This document shows, piece after piece, positions 1 to 9,711 of a DNA stretch of 15,766 nucleotides. Each line of letters starts with the position of its first letter. The stretch's first letter is position 1. Position numbers and translations under genes: made by a program. Source of the stretch: Octopus sinensis (taxonomy: Eukaryota); assembly GCF_006345805.1 (NCBI RefSeq), contig NW_021825229.1, positions 1-15,766 of the forward strand, given 5' to 3'. The notes under the pieces are model-generated. The model worked only from the letters and a program-made list of their open reading frames with translations, did no database searches and was not told the DNA's origin.

Positions 1-159
1 GAACACAATTAGATTGGGAATGTGTAAGTAGAATGGTAAGTTAGCTTTGAGGAGCAGAAGCCATTATAGTAACGATGAAAACAAAGCACCGAGAAAGAGG
101 GAGAGAGAGAGAAAGAGAGACTAGGTATCCCTCAAAGAGAACTCAATACATGAATAAGA

Positions 160-160
<1 letters not shown>

Positions 161-210
<50 letters not shown>

Positions 211-260
211 GTGTGTGTATGTATGTATGTATGTATGTATGTATGTATTTATGTATGTAT
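161..260. repeat. Compound microsatellite (TA)n-(GT)n-(TATG)n
   Basis: Read directly; explains ORF 75..266. Confidence 0.95.
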
Positions 261-360
261 AAATAAGGAATTTCACTTCAAACAATTTATGAAGGTATGT
301 GCATGATTAACAAATATTTTTACCAGGACGGGTACGGCCCTACTTAGAAGATAACTCTTG

Positions 361-510
361 AAGTTTACTTTGCAACTATGAGGTTTCGGGTTCAGTCCCA
401 CTGTACAAGTTTCTTCTACATTGGGCAAGTGTCTTCTACTGTAACCCTGGACCGATGAATGTCTTGTGGGTGAATTTCGTTGGCAGGAACTATGTGGAAG
501 CTCATCGTAT
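361..510 (+). mobile_element. tRNA-derived SINE family 1, degenerate 5' half
   Basis: B-box-like GGGTTCAGTCCC at 388-399, then TTGGGCAAGTGTCTTCTACT. Colinear with the copies at 7215-7623 and 8797-9185. Ends in the (TG)n tract 511-572. Confidence 0.8.
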
Positions 511-572
511 ATGTGTGTGTGTGCGTATGTGCGTGCGCGTGCGCGTGTATATATGTATATGTGTGTGTGTGT

Positions 573-708
573 GCAGTTACCGTCAACCAAATTCACTTAA
601 AAGGCATTCGGGCCATAGAAGACATCCATCAAAGGTATCACGTAGTGGGACTGAACCCGGAACCATGTGTTTGGGAAGCAAATTTCCAACCACAGTCATG
701 CCTTCGGC
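573..708 (-). mobile_element. tRNA-derived SINE family 1, degenerate 5' half, inverted relative to 361-510
   Basis: GTGGGACTGAACCCGGAACCATGTG is the reverse complement of the family head and recurs near 8054 and 9120. Confidence 0.85.
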
Positions 709-1062
709 TATAAAAGAAAAACTACCTCCGTGTCTTTGTGCGTAAATCTATGTATCTCTTTCTCTCCCCCTCTGTTTCTCTCTTATACACAGACACACAC
801 ATACACACACACGCACACACACAAGACAAGCTATAAACAATGGTCATTACATATTTTTCCTTTATTAGAGAAAATTTGGCTTACAGTTGTTTCATTATAG
901 GTACATTACGGATAGCTTTACTCAGTTATTCTATTAATCAGTTGAGGAAAATTGAACGACCTAAAAAGACTAATGCTACTTTCGTCATTGCCATTTGTGT
1001 TTATCTGGTTATACATTAATTATTATATTTACCGACTATGATGCGATATCTAATATGATATG

Positions 1063-1924
1063 CTAGCTAACTCCGTGCCGTCAAAAATGGCGGTTAATTG
1101 TCGTATTTTATATACAAATAAGGTACAGAAACAAGTTTTTAGTTTAATAATTCCCTTATTACCAAATTTTTTGTGAAAAATCTCTCCGCAATTAATATCC
1201 CTTGACTGTTTGTTTCCTTTAAAAGAGTTTAAAAGTTTTCCTTCCTTCTTGTACGACTTCAGGCCGCATAAAGCTGGCCGTGACTAAATACGGGATAGAA
1301 TATAGAACATTCTATCAATGTTATCTGGTGGTTATCAATGTTATCAATGTTATCTGGTGGTTGTCTTTTGAGATGTGACATCGATCACCGTTTGTTACTG
1401 AAAGAAAGCTGATTCACACATACACACATTCACATACTTCCCTTGTACACGCACATACATACACACATATACTCACGCAGAGTTGAAATGCTGTTTGACT
1501 TTTCTTTTCAGTTTTGAATGTTCACCAACCCACTTCCATTGCATACACACACAGACACATCTCACACTTATACATACACTCTCACAGAGTTGAAACGCTG
1601 TTGATTTTTTTCACCATAAAATTTCCATCATCCCACTACCAAGTTTGCCACCGCCCATTCCTCCTTATTCATCTATCACACCTTCCTTTCTCATTCATAT
1701 GTTGTGACGGAGAAAAACACATAAGTATTATTACAGCAGTTAAGACACACGACGTTCTCTTTACCGCTTCCTCTCTCTCATTGCTATTACTTTCTCTCAC
1801 TCCCTCTCAGTCATAGCTATTACTCTCACTACTTCTCCTTCACTGAATCTATTTTCTGTCCTCTCCCTTGACTTATACTACTCTTTCTCCTACTTCCTCC
1901 TACTGCGTGATTTGGACAAATATA

Positions 1925-1961
<37 letters not shown>

Positions 1962-1970
1962 ATATATATA

Positions 1971-2001
<31 letters not shown>

Positions 2002-2062
2002 CATATACACGCACACACACACAAATATGTAAAAACACTACGCTCATTATTATATTAGGAGA
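1063..2062 (-). mobile_element. Probable non-autonomous Helitron, older, about 1.0 kb
   Basis: On the minus strand it starts A|TCTCCTAATATAATAATGAGCG (TC at 2062-2061) and ends in CTAG (1066-1063). An imperfect hairpin (GCCGTCA-AAAA-TGGCGGT, 1077-1094) lies 10 nt from the CTAG. The 3' flank is C instead of the expected T. Joining the flanks restores a TGATA-like repeat. Confidence 0.55.
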
Positions 2063-2826
2063 TGATATATATAATGCATATATATATTACATTATACTAT
2101 ATGTCGCATGTCGCATCATAGCCGGTAGATAAAATAATGAATGTAAAAAATATAAAGCATTTGGTATAGGTAATAGAATAAATATATTTTGCACTTGTAA
2201 GAGACAGAAATTAACTTAATACTAGGGCTACAATTGCTTTCGTGATCTCGAACTTCAGGCTTTGTTCATCTCCAAATCGTATAAACATATTTTTGTACTA
2301 TGTGAAAATAAGCAACGCCTGGGAAGTCCCTGATGGCGAACCTAATGACAAATAAGCTAACACGATAAGTTAACTCATATTGCCTTATAAAACACACGTA
2401 TGTTTACACACAGTGTGTGTGGTGTGTGTATGTGTATGTAGTTGTGTAAATTGGGATTGGCTTTCATTCAAACATGAGATATTAAAAACACGACTTCGTG
2501 TTTCAGCCCTCTATTTATTACGATTTCCTAATATCTTAATAGCCCGTTATGTTTCATTTGGTACATTAACGTTAGTAAATCCAAGTTTCGAGATTTTCTC
2601 AAATCCTCATTTTTCAAAGTAATCTCCAGTAATGTCATGGTAGTCAAAGCGTTCTGCAGCAAGTCTGAAAGGCTTTTAGGAATAGTATCATAAATGAAAA
2701 AAATCATCAACGCCGGTTTCTAAATATAACAGCAAATATTGGGCATTTTCTTAAATAAGGTAATTGTCCACTAAGTACTTAGCCAGGAGGTAGTTGTCCT
2801 AGTTGCGATAGGTGGTGTGTGGTGTG

Positions 2827-2827
2827 T

Positions 2828-2866
<39 letters not shown>

Positions 2867-3057
2867 ATAGTAGAAATTACGTTTTCTAACGACTGCTTCC
2901 GATATGTTTAGCGCTCAACGCAGATTTTCGTAATCCAGTTCATTCTCTCTCTCTCTCTCTGTCTACCTATCTATCTATCTATCTACATACATACATACAT
3001 ACATACATACATACATACATACATACATACATACATACATAAATACATACATAATAC
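2827..3057. repeat. (GTA)n tract (2827-2873) and compound (CT)n-(TCTA)n-(CATA)n tract (about 2945-3057)
   Basis: Read directly; the two tracts are separated by about 70 bp of non-repetitive DNA. Confidence 0.9.
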
Positions 3058-3101
3058 ATATATATAATATATATATATTACATATTATATAATAATATAC
3101 A

Positions 3102-3150
3102 TAGAAAGCAGACAGGATTAAGAAAAATCTGAATGGAGCTCCGAAATACC
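3102..3150 (+). mobile_element. Possible extreme 3' stub of an R4-like retrotransposon
   Basis: AAGAAAAATCTGAATGGAGCTC resembles the terminus AAGAAATCTTGAAATAGAGCTC of the 3173-4028 element, and both are followed by CATT/CATA repeats. Confidence 0.4.
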
Positions 3151-3172
3151 TTCATTCATTCATACATACATA

Positions 3173-4028
3173 TCAACCAAGTAACTGATGCACAAAAGGT
3201 ATAGCGATGCAAGAAAAACAGTGAAATGAGACAACCGATGCAGACTTTGAGGAGTTAACACCGAAGATATCACCCATATCATAAGCGGCTGTCCGATAAA
3301 TGTCATCACTATATTATCTACCGATGAGACATGATGTTGTAGGACACTATAATGAAATCTGTCGGAAGAATAACCCTGAGGACAAAGAAATAAGAACCCA
3401 CAGTATGGTTGAAACCATAGTCACTCATAATAAAAAGGAGTACTGGTGGAATGTCCAAGTGAAGACCTCAATAAAATGTAAGCACACCAGACCTGATATA
3501 ATGATTTGAGATAGGGAACAGAAACTGTGTACAGTTGTGGAAATTAGCTGCCCAGCAGATGTTAACATAAAGCTGAAGATCAGTGAATAAGAGAATACCT
3601 ACGCTGAACTATTAAGAAATCTATTAAGAAATCTGAGGTTACTCTATCCAGATGACGAGTTCAGGTTTATCTTATTATTGGGACACTGGAATATGTAACA
3701 TACTGCCTAAATACCAATTTGAGAAATTAGGCTTTTCAAAAACAGAAAGGAGAAAGCTAATTCGAAGACTACAGATCCAATCCATCCCTGTAACAGTAAA
3801 AATTTGTAAAACTTTCCAGAAATTTATCATTTAAATATTTATAAGCATGTCTAGATATGCAACTATATGCATGAGAATACATTATAAAGCAAAACATACA
3901 AATCTGCACATATACATACAGACAAGCAAAAATACCTTGTTGTTGATGTTGAAATTCCACTGGCTCTAGGTTAGAAACCGGCTTTTTTCTCTATTGACAA
4001 GAAATCTTGAAATAGAGCTCAACAATGA
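3173..4028 (+). mobile_element. 5'-truncated, pseudogenised RLE-type non-LTR retrotransposon (R4/Dong-like): CCHC knuckle, PD-(D/E)xK endonuclease and 3' UTR
   Basis: 3239-3292 encodes C-R-L-*(C)-GVNTEDIT-H-IISG-C, a CX2CX8HX4C knuckle. After a frameshift come RHD, WW, RPDIMI*DREQKLCTVVEISCPADVNIKLKISE*ENTYAEL and, across further frameshifts, IIG...LGFSKTERRKLIRRLQ...KTFQKFII* (stop 3832-3834). The 3' UTR runs to 4028, then a (CATA)n tail. There is a 12-bp in-frame duplication at 3609-3632. Confidence 0.88.
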
Positions 4029-4102
4029 CATACATACATACATACATACATACATACATACATACATACATACATACATACATACATACATTCATTCATT
4101 CA

Positions 4103-4135
<33 letters not shown>

Positions 4136-4184
4136 TCATACATACATACATACATGCATACATACATACATACATACATACATA
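4029..4184 (+). repeat. (CATA)n array with CATT interruptions (retrotransposon tail plus target)
   Basis: Read directly. The 22-mer at 4091-4112 is identical to 3151-3172. Confidence 0.95.
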
Positions 4185-4190
4185 ATCATT

Positions 4191-4251
4191 ACTCGTGTAT
4201 AAGTCGCACTATTTATACTTCGAAAAATCTGGGGTGCGACTTTTCACGAGT
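4191..4251. mobile_element. Mini inverted-repeat element, possibly a Tc1/mariner (Tc2-like) MITE remnant
   Basis: ACTCGTGTATAAGTCGCAC (4191-4209) pairs imperfectly with GTGCGACTTTTCACGAGT (4234-4251) across a 24-nt spacer. The family assignment is from memory only. Confidence 0.5.
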
Positions 4252-4293
4252 GCGTGTGTGCGTGTGCTTTCAATCACAATCCTCCGACCTGAA

Positions 4294-4296
<3 letters not shown>

Positions 4297-4348
<52 letters not shown>

Positions 4349-4513
4349 TATATAGATAGATAGATATACATATATATTGACAGATAAGGTTCGTACAGAT
4401 GGACGCATGCGCACCCGTACACACACACCACACCACAAACTCATTCACTTTTATGTCGATCTTAGTATAATCATTTGCAATGAGCACTCAGTACAAGAAG
4501 CATATTGTGTGTG

Positions 4514-4559
<46 letters not shown>

Positions 4560-4620
4560 GATAGATAGATAGATATATATATACACACATATATATTTTT
4601 GTATATATATATATATTTAT
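4297..4620. repeat. (TA)n/(TAGA)n/(CA)n microsatellites with short unique spacers
   Basis: Read directly. Confidence 0.85.
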
Positions 4621-5131
4621 ATACTGGAAGTAAATGAGAATGAATTCACTCTATCATTACTCTACTACATATACATATACACACAAAATTTATGCACGTC
4701 TGTGTGTGTGCCTGTATATTTCTGCCTCTATGTGTGTGTGTGTGTATATATCCGCTTTCAACCTTTTTTCTCTCTCCTATCTTAAAATTGGCCTTGTGCT
4801 TGCTTAGTTTAAAAAGAAATTGGTTATTTGTTTTATTTTGTTAGCTTTTTATCTGTTTGTTTACGTTATTTTTATCATAGTTTTGTTTTTATTTCTTGTT
4901 TTTCATTTCATTCTTTTCTCATTTTATTTTATTTTATTTTCCTTCCTTTTTTTTTTAGTTATTTTTATTCATTTGTTTTCTTCATTTCTTTATTTTTCTT
5001 TTTTCCTACATTTCTCAAACCGGCAATGGGGGAATTTATCTACAACTGTTGTCGGCCGGTCGCTGTGTGTCGCTAAATCCTTTGATGTGTCGGAACGCCT
5101 TTGTGCTACCTTATATGGTAGTACGACGGCC

Positions 5132-5220
5132 ACTTACACTGTATTTGTTTACACTCTGTTTCCTTTGTAGTTTGTCGCCATCTTACTGGCAAGTAACAGA
5201 GACTTTATATACAAAGTAAT
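5132..5220. promoter_or_regulatory. Candidate promoter/first exon (minus strand) or 45-nt exon (plus strand)
   Basis: Minus strand: AAGATGGCG (YY1-like, 5184-5176), TGTAAACA (Fox-like) and a CAGT|GTAAGT donor at 5137-5132. Plus strand: a TTTCCTTTGTAG acceptor, a stop-free 45-nt segment 5171-5215 (FVAILLASNRDFIYK) and a GTAATG donor. CpG is locally enriched. Confidence 0.3.
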
Positions 5221-5516
5221 GTTGGTGTAGTTTATAGTTGATAGTTGCTTTACCTCTTACACCTCCTCTCTCTGTGTATGTTTGTCTATCTCTCTATCGC
5301 TTTTTTTCAAATACACGGATTCATATACACATATATTTAGGTTTCTTTTTGTTTTCTTAGTTTTGTGAGTGTGTGTAAGTGTTACTCTGAATGGGTTTGT
5401 GTGTGTGTGTGTGTGTGTGTGTGGGGGAAATTTCGTTCGCTTTTTTTCCCCCCCTTCGCTTTTAGCCTCTCGTTTTAAATGAAATCTCATTTAAACAGTC
5501 GCAGTTTATCGTAGTA

Positions 5517-5733
5517 TGTCTATTTTCATATGTATGTATGGATAAACGTATGTTTGCTTGCATGCTTGTATATGTATGTATGTATGTATGTATGCATGTA
5601 TGTATGTATGTACGTACGTATGTATGTAGTAGGTAGGTATGTATGTAGATATGTATGTAGATATGTATGCATGTAGGTATTATGCACGCATACCTATTTC
5701 TATCTATTTATCACTACCTCTCTAGTGAGTAAC

Positions 5734-5827
<94 letters not shown>

Positions 5828-5829
5828 GC

Positions 5830-5887
<58 letters not shown>

Positions 5888-6055
5888 GTCTGTCTGTCTG
5901 TCTGTCTCTGTCTGTCTGTCTATCAATCTTTATACGTATAAATGAATATACATATATATATATATGTAGGTATATATATATATATATGAAGGTATATATA
6001 TGTAGGTATATATATATATATATATATAATAAATAAAAATAATAATATATATATA
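5517..6055. repeat. Compound microsatellite (TATG)n-(TCTA)n-(TCTG)n-(TA)n
   Basis: Read directly; explains ORFs 5725..6036 and 5874..6104. Confidence 0.95.
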
Positions 6056-6109
6056 GTGTCAACAAGCCCCCCAAAAAGTATTGGGTTTTTACACATATAT
6101 ACACATTCG

Positions 6110-6205
6110 ACCTATAGAAATAGCAGCCGTATCTCTCCTATATCACTCCCTACATTCTTAAAGAAGGGAAGAACACTTTAGGTATTATAATCCAAGATAG
6201 TGTGT
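6110..6205. repeat. Probable interspersed-repeat fragment, family unassigned
   Basis: ATAGAAATAGCAGCCGTATCTCTCCTATATCACTCCCTAC resembles a sequence I recall as a common octopus repeat. There is only one copy in the window, so this is not confirmed internally. Confidence 0.3.
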
Positions 6206-6315
6206 AAATAAAAAAATAAAAAAAAAATGAATGATATAGTTGTCAGGCTAGACCGTTCATAGGTCAGCTCAATCACCAATGACCTAGGCCTAAACATGAG
6301 CAACAGAACATATTT

Positions 6316-6672
6316 CACACAGACACAGACAGACTCTCACACACACACATACACAGACACACACACGCACATTCATGCACTTGCAAATACTTACCCATGC
6401 ACCTATATATGTATATATATATATATGTTATATATACATATATAGTAAAACATATATACACATACACACAAATACAGGTATATATATACATTATATGTGC
6501 GCATATTTTCTTGTAACACTGCATATATATACTTCTATAAATACACATGCATATACTTACACATACACACGCGCACACACATATACACACACGGACACAC
6601 ATATATACAGGTATATATGCATGTGCTTATTTTGTTGTACTTATCGATACATACATATCTATATATATGTAT

Positions 6673-6707
<35 letters not shown>

Positions 6708-6757
6708 CATATCTATATATATATGTATACATATATATCCACATACATATATACTTC

Positions 6758-6789
<32 letters not shown>

Positions 6790-6807
6790 CTATCTATCTA
6801 TCTATCT

Positions 6808-6899
<92 letters not shown>
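6316..6899. repeat. Compound microsatellite (CA)n/(TA)n/(TCTA)n
   Basis: Read directly; explains the overlapping ORFs between 6315 and 6931. Confidence 0.95.
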
Positions 6900-6901
<2 letters not shown>

Positions 6902-7214
6902 GGAAAGTGCTGGTTTATGAGATTATTTTAGGTTTCCTGTCCATAACGGGTTTAGCTTTATGGCGTTATCGTCAGATACCAAAACTTGTTGGCCTAAGGC
7001 CTAGACGATATATGATAAATATATATACATGTGTGTGTGTGTGCGCGCGCGAGCGTAAATAGTTCTATGCATCTATATAACTATATATATATATATGTAG
7101 TTATATACCCGCATTCAAATATTTACGCACACACACAGATTACAGATATATTATAAGTCTATATTATCTGTATGTATACGCACACACACACGCACACACA
7201 TATATATATGTAAA

Positions 7215-7623
7215 GGTGCAGGCATGGCTGTGTGGTAAGAAGCTTGCTTCCCAACCACATGTTTACAGGTTCAATCCCACTGTGTGGAACCTTGGGTAAG
7301 TGTCTTCTGCTATAGCCTCGGGCCGATCAAAGCCTTGGTAGATGGAAACTGAAAGAAGCCCGTCGAGTATGTGTGTGTGTATTTATTTGTGTATATGCCT
7401 TTGTACCTGTTTGCCCCACCCAACCCCCACCATCGCTTGACAACCGATGTTGGTCTGCTTATGTCCCTGTAAGTTGGCGGTTCGGCGAAAAACTCACCGA
7501 TAGAATAAGTACTAGGCTTATGAAGAATAAGTCCTGGGGTCGATTTCTTCGTCGAAAACACTTTAAGGCGGTGCTCTAGCATGGCCACAGTCAAATTACT
7601 GAAACAAGTAAAAGAATAAGAGA
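7215..7623 (+). mobile_element. tRNA-derived SINE family 1, near full length
   Basis: A-box TGGCTGTGTGG (7225-7235), canonical B-box GGTTCAATCCC (7268-7278), internal (GT)n tract, and 3' end ...GCATGGCCACAGTCAAATTACTGAAACAAGTAAAAGA. Matches the inverted copies downstream. Confidence 0.92.
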
Positions 7624-7656
7624 ATGCATATATATTATACAAATATGTATATATTA

Positions 7657-7886
7657 TTTTCTCTTTTACTTGTTTCAGTCATTTGACTGTGGCCATGCTG
7701 GAGCACCACCTTTAGTCGAGCAAATCAATCCCAGGACTTATTCTTGTAGGCCTAGTACTTATTCTACCTATCTCTTTTACCGGACCGCTAAGTTACAGTA
7801 AAAGTATACACACACATACATACATACATACATACATACATACATTACATACATACATATATACATACATAAATACATACATATAG

Positions 7887-7930
<44 letters not shown>

Positions 7931-8118
7931 TATATATATTATATATATATAAGCCACATATATACGACGGGATTCTTTCAGTTTCCATTTACCAAATCCA
8001 CTCCAAGGTTTTGGTTGGCTATAGTAGAAGACGCTTGCCCAAGGTGCCACGCAGTGGGACTGAACCCGGAACCATGTGGTTGGTAATCAAGCCACTTACC
8101 ACACAGCCACTCCTACGC
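7657..8118 (-). mobile_element. tRNA-derived SINE family 1 with a central deletion and an expanded internal microsatellite
   Basis: The 3' half (7657-7799) and 5' half (about 7955-8118) flank a (CATA)n/(TA)n expansion (about 7808-7950). The segment seen at about 8940-8995 in the intact copy is missing. Confidence 0.9.
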
Positions 8119-8159
8119 ATATTACACATATGTACGTATGAACGTGTGTGGATGTGTGT

Positions 8160-8310
<151 letters not shown>

Positions 8311-8726
8311 ATAACACTCAATGTCCTTTCGCCCCTATCACTGTGTTTATACACTTTACGACTCTTTCATTGTCCCCCTCTCATTTTGAATCTGTTATCT
8401 CCCACCTCTGACTCTCTTTCACCCCCTTTCTGCCTCTTCCTTACTCTCCTATCATTTTTCACATAACTCTAACCATCCTCTTTCATCTGTCAATGTTGTT
8501 TAGTTAAAATATTTCCTTTATTGCTTTTAACTTTTTTTGTATTTTGTGTCATTCTTGCTATTTTTTTTTCTCTTTTTCTCGTTTTCCTATAATCTTGGAC
8601 CTTCTCCGTTTTCTTTATCTTCTCTTCTCTCTTCACCCACATTTTGTGTATGTACATGTGCATCTCTCACGTTCTCTCTCTCTCTCTTCTCTCTCTATTT
8701 ATACATACATACAACTGAAATTTTTC

Positions 8727-8775
8727 AAGGCGGTACCCCAGCATGGCCACAGTCTAATGACTGAAACAGTGTAAA
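8727..8775 (+). mobile_element. 3'-terminal fragment of SINE family 1
   Basis: AAGGCGGTACCCCAGCATGGCCACAGTCTAATGACTGAAACA matches the family 3' end at 7565-7606. Confidence 0.8.
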
Positions 8776-8796
8776 CACATACATACATACATACAT

Positions 8797-9185
8797 ACTC
8801 TTTTACTTGTTTCGGTCATTTCACTGCGGCCATGTTGGAGCACCGCCTTTAGTCGAGCAAATCGACCCCAGGACTTATTCTTTGGAAGCCTAGTACTTAT
8901 TCTATCGGTCTCTTTTTGCTGAACCGCTAAGTTACAGGGACGTAAACACACCATTGCTGGATTGTCAAGTGATGTTGGGGAGGGGACAAACACAGACACA
9001 CACACATATATACACATATATTCGACGGGCTTCTTTCGGTTTCTGTCTACCAAATCCACTCACAAGGCTTTGGTAGGCCCGAGGCTATAGTAGAAGACAC
9101 TTGCCCAAGGTGACACGCAGTGGGACTGAACCCGGAACCATGTGGTTGGTAAGCAAGCTACTTACCACACAGCCACTCCTGCACC
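8797..9185 (-). mobile_element. tRNA-derived SINE family 1, most intact copy, inserted in a (CATA)n array
   Basis: A-box at 9175-9165, B-box-like GGGTTCAGTCCC at 9133-9122, complete 3' end. Same-strand CATA repeats on both sides (8776-8796 and 9186-9203). Confidence 0.93.
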
Positions 9186-9203
9186 TACATACATACATAC
9201 ATA

Positions 9204-9482
9204 AAAGATGCACTTTTAGCTTCATATATATTGCTATTGGAGCAAAAGGTTATTTGCCAACCCGCGTGGACCAAAGTATGGCTGAACTTGGATTCTTTGG
9301 AAAAGAACGCAAATCCCTAGTTCTTGCACTACAAATGATCGCAATATCTGGGACTATAAACATGTACAAGACCTTGTTTTAAGAGCTAAAGTACGATGGA
9401 CAAAGCAAGATGTTTGCCTTCACAACCATACTACCAACCAGGTGGCCGGTCAAGATTTATTCGAAATCAAGAACAGAGAACA
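9204..9482 (+). mobile_element. 3' end of a second, diverged R4/Dong-like RLE retrotransposon
   Basis: Encodes FSFIYIAIGAKGYLPTRVDQSMAELGFFGKERKSLVLALQMIAISGTINMYKTLF* (stop 9380-9382), which aligns by eye with the C-terminus of 3173-4028 (F.FI.I.IG, LGF...ER..L...LQ...I..T....KT). It has a 100-nt 3' UTR and (CATA)n on both sides. Confidence 0.72.
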
Positions 9483-9544
9483 CATACATACATACATGCA
9501 TACATACATTCATACATACATACATACATACATACATACATACA

Positions 9545-9574
<30 letters not shown>
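9483..9574 (+). repeat. (CATA)n tail
   Basis: Read directly. Confidence 0.95.
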
Positions 9575-9580
<6 letters not shown>

Positions 9581-9711
9581 TGCACATATGTATAAGAAAT
9601 GAAGGTCACACGATACATGGTAAACTCGATTGTGCTTAAAAAGACTAGGTTGTCACATCTGGAATACATTTCATCAAATCTCCATATGATTAGATTTGCC
9701 CTGGAAATAAC

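Noticed and set aside
273-900. ORFs 273..596, 455..745, 480..713 and 667..900
   Set aside because: They read through SINE copies and microsatellites. The same pseudo-peptide (GTEPGTM) recurs wherever the SINE is inverted.
880-1020. Possible small exons on either strand (plus GTLRIALLSYSINQLRK...; minus SFNFPQLINRIT)
   Set aside because: Splice signals are weak, AG/GT pairs are frequent in AT-rich DNA, and I recognise no homology.
3300-3834. ORFs 3300..3509 and 3652..3834 as host genes
   Set aside because: They are fragments of one frameshifted retrotransposon ORF with premature stops.
4820-5170. Hydrophobic F/L/I-rich ORFs as membrane proteins
   Set aside because: They are an artefact of a T-rich low-complexity tract.
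6930-7010. Possible plus-strand exon (GFLSITGLALWRYRQIPKLVGLRPRR)
   Set aside because: There is an acceptor but no credible donor before the microsatellite, and no recognisable homology.
7215-7290. tRNA gene
   Set aside because: A and B boxes are present, but I could not fold a convincing cloverleaf and the sequence continues into a multi-copy SINE body.
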